Positions 54,205-64,000 of a stretch of 64,000 bases of DNA are shown piece by piece. Each line of letters begins with the position of its first letter. Within the stretch, counting starts at the first letter, position 1. Made by a program: the position numbers and the translations under genes. This DNA is from Eledone cirrhosa (Eukaryota), in NCBI GenBank assembly GCA_964016885.1, contig OZ024740.1, positions 301,940,001-302,004,000 on the forward strand, written 5' to 3'. The notes below the pieces were generated by a model. That model made no database searches, had not been told where the DNA came from, and was given only the letters and a program-made list of their open reading frames with translations.

Positions 54205-55160
54205 TATGTAAAAGATAAACAAAAATAACAAAACAATCGGTACATATATGGAAGGGATATATTAGGTTAACGCTTGAAATAGCAGGAAGATGGTCTTAAA
54301 GTGTCGGACGCTTGTGCTTCATCAGAAGAAATAATGAGAAATAAGATAGATTGAAGGGACGGGTTAGGATTAGAAAAACATGTCTTTAGTTAAAACTAAC
54401 ATTTCAATTCATTTTGAAATCTCTTGGAAAACTCTTGATGCTGGCGTTTTGTGTATGATTTATTTTTTTTAGAGAGGTGGATGCTGGAGAGCGTCTATCT
54501 GAAATGGAAAAAGAACGTTTTGTAAAAAGAGCTATATTTGTGCGCGTGCGTATGCATGTGTGTGTTTGTGTGTGTATGTGTGTGTGTGTGTGTGTGTGTG
54601 TTATTATACGACCGTACGAAGCTAAGAAGAAATGTGTGTGTATATGTAAGTAAAAGATCGTGTGTGTGCTTGTAAGTACGAGAGCTATGAACAAAATTAT
54701 GTTAAAATAACGGTATGTATGTGTACCCATATAAGGTTATGTATGGGTACAGAACTGTGAACAGAAAAGTGGAATGTGCATATTTTGTCGGTCTGTATGA
54801 GTTGTAAGAGAACATGCTTCTGACCATAGGAGCGCCATAGGGTTGAATGAGATATCTAGGGTAGAATGTACAAGTGCGTGTGTGATAATGGATGGTGTAC
54901 TAAAGAAATTGGGAAGGTCAGTTGAGTCCATGAGGGAAATAGGACCCAAGGCGGTAAATCAGACTCTGTTTAGTCCTGGTGCGCAAGGCCTGTGATCTGT
55001 GATGTAAAAGGACACCCAGGACGGAGATATGTAGAGAAGAGTGACCAGGAGAACGGAAATGATGATGGACAGGAGTATCCAGACCGAGTAGTATGTCCCT
55101 GAAATGCTCAGCAAAAGGGTCCGCCGTACGGCGTCCCGTTTGTCCGAAGTGTATATATAT
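54205..55160 (-). mobile_element. Neptune-like Penelope element 3' end: GIY-YIG C-terminal fragment, 3' region and degenerate HHR (54292-54329; family H)
   Basis: ORF 54918-55190 'GQTGRRTADPFAEHFRDI..PVHHHF..H..ISVLG..LIYRLGSYFPHGLN'. Minus strand CUGAUGA-agcacaagcgucc-GACA. Confidence 0.85.
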
Positions 55161-55175
55161 ATATATATATATATA

Positions 55176-55365
55176 AATGAAAAGATTCAACCCCGACAGC
55201 TGAGCTCTGGCAGATTCGACAGCTAGTTACGAACAGTTCGTATCTAGCTGTAAAAACGGCCGGAGCTCAGTCGTCGGGAGTCCTGAATCTTTTCATATTA
55301 CCCACTCTACTACCCAAAGTATCGAGTACTCTGGTGGGCCCACCTGGTATTTTACCACATTTTTC

Positions 55366-55367
<2 letters not shown>
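55176..55367 (+). mobile_element. Family B fold-back fragment, diverged
   Basis: Imperfect palindrome 55176-55296 plus the TTACCCACTCTACTACCC tail. Confidence 0.65.
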
Positions 55368-55427
<60 letters not shown>

Positions 55428-55503
55428 CAACAAAATTAAAGATGTCTGAGAAAATACGAAACAAACATGCATACACACACACATACACATATATATATAT
55501 ATA

Positions 55504-58500
55504 TCTTAGTCTTAGTCTTAGTATTAGTTCCTCCAGTGCCTTGTGGAACATTGGGCGACGAGCTCCTCCACTTGATCCTGTCACTGGCGGCCCTTCTTTC
55601 ACCTCTCCAGGTAATTCCCATCTCCTGCAGGTCCTCCCTGAATGTGCTCCGCCATGTTTTTCGTGGTCTTCCCCGTTCTCTCCTGCCACCTTCTGGTACC
55701 CAATCCATGGCAATATGAGCAGGTCGATCTGCCGGCAAACGAAGGATGTGGCCGCGAATCGCCGTCTCCTTTTCTGGACAATGTCCCTTAACCTCTCCAA
55801 TCCTGACCTCCTCATCACTTCCTCGTTGCTAACTTGGTCTCTCCATGACATTTTCAATAAGGTCCGAATGCAACGACGGTGGAATACATCAAGCTTGTTA
55901 CACACACTTTCCGTACTCTTCCATGTCTCACAGGCATATATCGATGTTGGTACTACAATGAACATGTAAACACGGAATTTGACGGCGTTGCCGATGGAAC
56001 ACCTGGACCATACCGGACGGAGTCGCTGGAAGACCGCCACTGCTTTTCCCAGCCTTGTGCGCACATTTACCTCAACATCCCCATCGTCAGAGATGTTGCT
56101 GCCAAAGTATTGGAAGTGGTTTACACATTCAATGTTACGCTGACCAACCATGATGGGAGGATTTGGAGGGTCACCTGTCGACATGGTCTAGGTTTTTTCA
56201 CAACTGATGCGCAGGCCAACTTTCTCTGCATTGTTATTTAGAACGTTTGTCATCTCTTGCAGGTCTTCTCGGGAATGGCCTATCACTGCGATGTCATCGG
56301 CAAAGTCCACGTCGCTTAATGTCCTTCCATCCCAACTGATGCCAAAACGAGGGTCACTCATTGTCTTCTTCATGATGAAATCGATGACAATGAGGAAAAG
56401 GAAAGGCGAAAGGATGCAGCCTTGTCGAACACCCGTCAAGGTGTCAAACATTTCCGTGTTTCCGTCCTTTGTCCTAACGCAGCACCTGGAATGTCGGTAC
56501 AGCGACCTGAAGATGTTAATATATTTCTCTGGGACACCATAGAGTCTTACAATCTTCCACAATGACACCCGATGAACACTGTCGAAAGCTTTCCTGAAGT
56601 CAATGTAGTTGACAACAAGGGACTTGTGGAACTCCCGACATTTTTCAATGATATTTCGGAGAGTGAAGATCTGCTCTGAACAAGACCTTCCACTACGGAA
56701 GCCAGCCTGTTTATCTCGAAGATGACGATCTACTTCTGCTCTCAGCCGGTTCAGGATGACTGTGCAGAATACCTTCCCTGGCACTGATAGCAACGTGATC
56801 CCTCTCCAGTTGTTACAGTCGCTGAGACAGCTCTTCTTCGGTAGTGGTACAATCACTCCATGTCCCCAGTCCTCCGGCACCGCCTCTTCTTGCCAAATCA
56901 CATTGTATAAATGAGTGAGATGCTCTTCTATTACATCCTTGCCGTGCTTCAGAAGCTCTGCAGGAATCTCATCCAGCCCTGCCGCTTTGTTATTCTTTTG
57001 GCAGCGGATGGCCTTGGCCACCTCAGCTCTTGTGATGTCGTCTAGTCGTACATCCAGCCGGTAGCTCGATTCCTCCCAGTCAAGCTCGAAGACTGTGATG
57101 GGGGATGGCTGATTGAGGACCTCACGAAAGTGTTCTTTCCACCTTTGGGCCTGCTCTTCACTGGCTGCAAGCATCCGACCTTCTTTGCTCTTGATTGGCA
57201 AACTACTTCCACTTCGTCCTCCAGTTAACTCTCTGACGATCCGGTACAGCGTCTTGTAATCATTTCGATCTGCTGCCACCTGTGCCTCTGCAGCCCCATC
57301 TTCTAACTACTGGCGCTTGTCTTTTCGACAGCTCTTCTTTACTTCCTTGTCAAGCCGTCTGTACGCTTTGTCCACTTCCTTCCATTGCTGTCGAGTTTTG
57401 GTTTGATCTCTTTTGTTCTTAACATCCTTCCTCTCGTCAATAAGATTCCATGAAGTACTGCTGATCCATTGTTCCCGGTTGGTCCCTTTTCTTCTACCAA
57501 TAACTACATCAGCACGCACCCTGACCGCCTGAGCAAACATCTTCCAATGGTCTTCACGGTTCTGTGCGTGCTGTAGTTCTTGGAACTTATTCCTGATCTC
57601 CAGGTAGAATCTCTCTGACGTGCCTTGGTCTTGCAGGCTTGCGACAGCAGATGGCCTCACGGTCTTATTTGCTTTGTTCTTCTTCAACCTCAAGCGGATT
57701 TTTCCAACCACAAGATGATGGTCAGATCCGACGTCTGCCCCTCGGTAGGGGCGAACATCCAAGAGAGAGGAATGCCACCTCGTGTCAATGCAGATATAAT
57801 CAATCTCATTCCTGGTGTTGCCATCAGGGGAAGTCCATGTCATCTTGTGAATCCGTCTATGGGTGAAGAATGTATTCCTGTGGAGAGGTTGCTGATACTG
57901 CTCAGGGACAGCAACCATTCCCCGTTGTTATTGGTGGAATCATCTGAACTGTGGGGGCCAATGGCTGAATGCATGTCTCTCCTGTCTCCATCTAGCTTGG
58001 CATTAAAGTCACCAATCACCAGCCTAATGTCTGACCTGGTTGTTTCCTATAGGACATCCTGTAGTTGGATAAAGAAGGAACGTTATCTTCATCTCAGGCA
58101 ACTTCAGTCGGGGCGTAGACTTGCAATACGGTCACCTTGGCTAACCTTGTGCTCAATCTGGCAGTAATAATTCGTTCAATCACTGGCCTCCATCCCACAA
58201 GAGCCCGTGATACATCTCCGGTGAGGATGATACTAACTCCGTGGACATGGTGGTCATCATCACCGGCGTAGAGAATAGTCATGTCTCCACTGTCGAGTCG
58301 TCCCCGTCCTGTCCACCTCGTCTCGCTGAAGCCCATGATGTCAAGGCGATATTCCCTCATCTCTTTCAGCACCTGCTCCATCCGCCCGTCTTGAAAGAGC
58401 GTGCGGACATTCCAGGTGCCTACTCTCGTATTTGACTTGGCGTTGAAGATAGGACTTATCCGCGGTCGGGCCTCCTTTCGGCTTTGACCCGGCCCCATCA

Positions 58501-58670
58501 TAGGCGCATCCAGGGATGACCTGTCTTCTCTTTTCCGCCGCTGGGTATCAAAATGGTTTTTTCTCGTCGTTTCTGTAGCGGTAAAAATGTTTTACGGGGG
58601 CAGGACTGCTAACACCACGCCCCAACCCTCCTCCTTTCTCAACCGGGCTTGGGACCGGCTAGGGCGAAGT
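55504..58670 (-). mobile_element. Full-length RTE-clade LINE (APE + RT), inactivated, with (ACTAAG)n tail
   Basis: ORF pieces 58094-58501 (TWNVRT, SETRW, VYAPT), 57307-57918 (IDYI, GSDHH), 56188-57279 (NWRGITLL, QAGFR, IDFRKAFDSV, GVRQGCILSP, FADD) and 55267-56184. Tail TCTTAG x3-4 on plus at 55504-55528. (TA)n flanks. Confidence 0.95.
58620..58670 (-). ncRNA. Twister ribozyme (P1-type) 3' cleavage-product portion at the RTE 5' end
   Basis: Minus strand: A-CUUC-GCC-CUA-GCCG-GUCCC-AAGC-CCGG-uugagaaa-GGAG-GAGGG-UUGGGG. It matches the twister core GCCGGUCCCAAGCCCGG...GAGGG, with P2 CUUC/GGAG, P4 CCG/CGG and pseudoknots CCC/GGG and GC/GC. Confidence 0.85.
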
Positions 58671-58734
58671 ATATATATACATATATATATATAAGAGGGT
58701 GTTAAAGTTTGCTTGAAGCATTGTGAAATATGTA

Positions 58735-58820
58735 AAATATGTAGTTTAGAAAGCCACAACAATGCAGAGATGGGAATTCTCGAGATTTCCCATCTGCATT
58801 GTTGTGGCTTTCTAAACTAC

Positions 58821-58826
<6 letters not shown>
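58735..58826. repeat. ~92-bp palindrome centred on CTCGAG, next to (TA)n
   Basis: AATATGTAGTTTAGAAAGCCACAACAATGCAG..GATGGGAA / TTCCCATCTGCATTGTTGTGGCTTTCTAAACTACATATT. Confidence 0.85.
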
Positions 58827-58911
<85 letters not shown>

Positions 58912-58914
58912 AAT

Positions 58915-59660
58915 GAAAGATTAAGGAAAATTAACAGAGAGGACAAGACACCCAGTGAAGACAAGACTTATATGTATGCAAAAAAGTAAATAGTAATAAC
59001 AAAGCGAACGACACAGTACGGTGAAGGTATATATTAGTTTTACGTTCGATATAGTTTGAAAGAGTCTTAACGTTTCGGACGCTAGTCCTTCATCAGCAAT
59101 TATAATGTGAAATTAAATAAGAAATAGAAATATAGAGAAAGGTGAGAAGTCGAGGAAATGAAAGGAAAACAAAAAAAAATATTCTTTCATAAAAAGCAGA
59201 TCTGTTGAGGTTGCCATATCTTGTAAAACTGTTGAATTCAGCATTTGGGTATATGGGTTTCTTCTCAAAGACTGTGATTAAAGGGGCTTGTATCGTGCTG
59301 AAAAGGAAAAGAATTCTTTATTGTTTGTACGAAGCTGTGACGATGTAGGTGTGCGTATGTGTTTGTTGTTTTTCTGTACGTGTGTGTGAATATTTGCTGT
59401 TGTCTGCATGCTTGTGCATGTGTATTCGTGTTTATTGTTGATACATTCAGAGCTATAATGGTGTGTTTCTGTATCTCAGAGAGGAAATAGAATACGGGTG
59501 TGCGATTCGTGCGTCCTATAGGATTTGTAGCAGTGGGGTTTAGGAGAGAGTCGTGTGAATGGTTGAGGAAACGAGGTTTTGGTATTGTAGGTTGGTGTTG
59601 TGTCAGAAGATAAAGGGCGGTATAATTATCTGGTGTGAATCTGACAGAGGACCTCAGTCC
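58915..59660 (-). mobile_element. Family H (Neptune-like) 3' terminal fragment with HHR core at 59064-59100
   Basis: Minus strand CUGAUGA-A-GGAC uagc GUCC-GAAA-CG-UU-aagac. Similar to 54205-54330 and 63730-63880. Confidence 0.7.
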
Positions 59661-59715
59661 AACACACACACACGCACGCACACACACACACACACACACA
59701 CGCACACACACGCAC

Positions 59716-59880
<165 letters not shown>

Positions 59881-61074
59881 CTTTAGCAGGCTGTTTGTTA
59901 GCAAGCATGAAAGATTATTTGCAGGGTGAAATCTATGGGATGAGGAACTAATTGCTGAGATGGAAATAAGGTAGAATGAATAAACTTAGTAGAGCACTGA
60001 ACTGTGCTGGGGCCATTAATAGAACTCAATTAAATGATAAAACTAGGATCAATAAATAATACATAAAGGGAGATTTGGGCAAAATAGTCCAAGGCATCAC
60101 TCAAGTAATGAAGCGTGTGCGTAATCTCATTATTAAGGACAGAATAGAGAAATGTACGACAGTTTAACGCTACAAGAGGCGTAACCAGCATTGTAATTGT
60201 CAAACAGCCAAACACCCCCGTAATCGTGTTAACTAAAGTACATCGACTGTGAATGTAGTTTACAACAGAATCAGATCTAATATACATTCCTAAAGGACAG
60301 TTGCTAGTAGATGGTATTGGACGGTGGTAGAGTTACAGATAGTGCTGAAACGGAAAAAGGTCATTCAGCATATCCAAATCTAGTGGGAAGATGATGATAA
60401 TAGATATATCATTAATATTGCGATACACTCGCACATACACATGTGCACGGACGAACGTCCACAAACACACGCAGACGCACACAAATACTCATACATATAT
60501 TTACGCTATGTACGTACGTGAGCTTGTGTTAATGAATATGCATGAGTAATATATCGCATGCATGTGTAATCTTATTACAAATCTGAATGCAATAGAATTA
60601 TTCCTCTGAAACCTAACGTAAACAATATGTTATTTCACACCCTATGTCAACTTAACATCTTGACTAAACTTTATAAGATTAATCAATTTTGCATAGTACA
60701 CTGGTTATTGTATATTTTGATCCCAGTATATTAACGTTAGAGATGTAGGTCGATATTTTATGGTTTCTGCCACCTCCATTGCCTTGGCCTATGTACTTAT
60801 TGGGAAATATAACTCATCTATGTTAAACATGACAAATGAGATTGTTAGCTGTTAGTTTGTTCGTTTGTTCGTATTGTTGCAACGATTCAACATAACATAC
60901 CAATCGCAGTCTTGTTCCTCGTAATTAGACAATGATGACAAGTGCCTTTCATCATTTCGAATTCGATAAAATAAAGTACAAGTGAGAGAGTGAAATCGAT
61001 ATAATCGACTTTCTCTTTCCCTCCAAAAATGATTCGCCCAGTGTAACATTACATAACATCAATGCATACAGCGA

Positions 61075-61265
61075 AATGACGGAGCCATTACAACGTTGAT
61101 CAATGTACTACAGCTCTTTACTTTCTGAGTTCAGATTACCCTCTGGTTAGGTCTGCATTTCATCTTTATGGGTCGTTAAAGTGAAGCACTAATAACGCAC
61201 TGGGGCCAATTTAATTGACTCTTGCCTCCCGTGCATATTTCCGACCTGCGTATAGTAGAAGACAT
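61075..61265 (+). mobile_element. Diverged SINE family 1-related copy
   Basis: TTCTGAGTTCAGATTACC..GCATTTCATCTTTATGGGTCGTTAAAG..CACTGGGG. Confidence 0.55.
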
Positions 61266-61785
61266 TTCATTGCGAGTTGTTAATGCATTCCCGAGTACAG
61301 TTCTGTGTACCTTGCGTATTTGCTGCGAAGTTTTTGGTATTGTTATTTCTGTTGTATGGGGGAATACGCTCCATAATGTAGGTAAAGCGCCTAAGAACAG
61401 TATATATTTGCTGTATATATTTGTAAGTCATTAGATTTTAATTATGAATGTGTGTAGTTTTATTATTCCCCGATCACCTATTTTTATAGGGATTACATTT
61501 CTGGATTTACGCCCAATAACTCCTCTCATCTACAGATCACATCCGTGATATCGGAAGCTAGTACTTGCCTTATGATCAGTATGGCTACAATTTTGCTGTG
61601 TTCATCGCCGACCTATTTTTGAGGTTCTCCAGTAAAAGGAAGATTGTTTCTCAACAACATGTATACTACGTATACTTATTTTTCTATATTTGGATGCGAC
61701 TTTTAATTAAACACGCAAACAATATGTCACTTGTAGTTTTAATGCCATCTTCATTATTGGAGATCTTGGCAAATAACAGATTTTT

Positions 61786-61978
<193 letters not shown>

Positions 61979-62039
61979 AGTGTGTGTGTGTAGTGATTGA
62001 GGTTGTATACATCATAAAATCATATGTATTGATGATGTA

Positions 62040-62400
62040 ATTGTTTTTTTTATACATTTTCGAAACGATGCCAATGCTGTTGTTGCTGCTATTGATTTTC
62101 ATGCTGATAAATTTGTTAGTGGCGGTGATGGAGGTAGTGGTGATGGAGGTGGTGATGGAGGTGGTGATGATGATGATGGTGACGGTAGTGATGGTGGTGG
62201 AGGTGGCTGTGGTAGTGTTAGTGTTGGCGGTGGTGTCGGTGGTGATGATGGTGTTGGTGCTGATTGTGATGCTAGTTGTGGTTGTGGTTGTTGTAATAAT
62301 CGTAGTGATGGTGTTGGTGATGGTGGTACTGTTGATGGTTGTGTTGTTGTTGTTGGTGATCACTGTGGTCATGATAAGCATGATAAGGATAAGTTGTTGG
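62040..62400. repeat. Degenerate (GGT/GAT)n low-complexity tract
   Basis: Trinucleotide periodicity. It produces the poly-V and poly-T ORFs. Confidence 0.85.
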
Positions 62401-63729
62401 GGATGAATTAGAATAAGGCAAGTAAAAGCTGCACAGGTTATGATAGTTGTTCTTGTTATTGATGTGGATGCTAATAGTGGTTGATTTCACTGTCATATAT
62501 TTTACGGAATTTATTTTTCCTTGTGGCATATCAAAAAATATAATGAAACTAGAAGTAAAACCGCCAAATACAATTATACCACATCAATTGTGAGAAGGAA
62601 AATGGAGGTTATCGATTTCCATTTTCTATTGCAGTGGTTCATAGAGTGCATGCAACTCGTGATAAACGGGGACTGTGTACTTAAGTATAGAAATACAACA
62701 AACTATAGCGTTGGGAGCTGTGTAAATGGCGTCCATCATATTTGTGTATTCTTCGTTGAGAAACATCTGATGGTGAGACACGCAAAGATATACCCTAGGA
62801 CATTGAGAGAAAATAAGCCAGAGAAAGAAAGGAGAATGATAGACAGAGACAGAAGTAAGAGAGATAAAGAGACAGCGATAAAGAGATTGAGCAGTGAATG
62901 AGATATAGAAACACTTAATTTCTATAAAATCATTGTACTTTCTTAATCTGCATTAATCCAACCCGATTTCAAGATTTATATAATGTAAATTCTGAATGTC
63001 AGGTAAAGACGAGCAGATTGATCCATCCAAGTACGCTGTGTGAGGTCCTACTGCAGTCGTTATGACCTGAAACTACGAGGCAAAATATGTGTGTGCGTTT
63101 TATGAGTATAATATCGATTTTGATTTTTTTTAGTTATACTTCAAAATTTTGGCGATCTATCAACCGTAGTGTATTACAGGTATTTATATTCGTGACTTCA
63201 ACGGAGCGAAAGACAAATCGATATTGTATATTGTCAGAGCAATGGAACTCATCTGTGTAATGCATATCGTGATAGTATGATGCAATACTGCCACCATTGT
63301 ACGGTTAAATGATAAATGGAAGAAAAATATGGTAGCACGCAAAATGCACTACGTTAAGAAGTTTGCGTGTGCATGTTGTAAAAGTGCTAACAACCCCTTG
63401 ATAATGCATTTCTATATGTAATCATTTTCAAATGCATTCATATATGTATAGTCAATTTTATATGCCTTTAACGGTTGCATGAATATTACTGAATAGTGAT
63501 TAACGTATCTTGAAACAGCGCTGTCTAGCATTCTCGAAAACTATTCATAAACCTTTGAAGTATTCCTAAAAAAGAAGACAGAAAAAATATGTTTTCTTCA
63601 ATACCGAAGGTCAGCTCCCATATGTGTGTTGTATATAAATATATCGTATTCTCTTTCATATACACCCCTATTACGCTTAAGGCTATATTAATGCTACTGT
63701 CAATATGTATGTTATTTTCTCTAAAACAT

Positions 63730-63880
63730 GCCCCCCCCCTCCGGCTCGTCTGCTCTTCTGATTAAGGACTAGCGTCCGAAACGTTAAGACTAATTTCGTA
63801 CTATATCAAGCGTAAAATTTGGTATATATTTGTCCATTGTCCAGTGGCGTTTGCCTTGTTATTTTTTCCTTTTGGACACA
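63730..63880 (+). mobile_element. Family H terminal fragment with HHR (63754-63789), core mutated to CUGAUUA
   Basis: UCUU-CUGAUUA-A-GGAC uagc GUCC-GAAA-CG-UU-AAGA, with stem I UCUU/AAGA. Confidence 0.7.
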
Positions 63881-63887
63881 CACACAC

Positions 63888-63919
<32 letters not shown>

Positions 63920-64000
63920 ATATATGTGTGTAGAAGTGGTTACACAACAGTTAGTTCACCATACCGAGAACAATTGTTTCACCTTCGCGGATCTTCAGCT

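Noticed and set aside
51193-58435. Plus-strand ORFs overlapping the two RTE LINEs
   Set aside because: Antisense shadows of GC-richer LINE coding sequence, with no recognisable motifs.

Overview
AT-rich, repeat-dominated eukaryotic DNA. The abundant (TA)n/(CA)n/(GA)n tracts, tRNA-derived SINEs and RTE LINEs suggest an octopod cephalopod, but that is an inference. I could not identify any intact host gene, and most ORF-track entries are microsatellite artefacts or TE fragments. The main feature is a ~7.2 kb locus (29429-36638) made of 21 full and 1 partial near-identical 310-bp tandem units, preceded by ~1.6 inverted units. Every unit encodes a type I hammerhead ribozyme (HHR): CUGAUGA...GAAA core, palindromic ACGCGU stem III, GUA cleavage triplet and an extended stem I. 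The rest of the unit is a chain of hairpins. This fits a retrozyme-like, potentially circRNA-producing array with Penelope-like (PLE) inversion architecture. About 17 further HHR or HHR-like motifs from several families are scattered across the window, mostly as fold-back inserts in (TA)n tracts. Two of them sit at the 3' end of decayed PLE GIY-YIG endonuclease fragments. Two nearly full-length RTE LINEs (50882-54190 and 55504-58670) are also present. The second begins at the predicted cleavage site of a twister ribozyme. All RNA folds were made by hand and no database searches were run.
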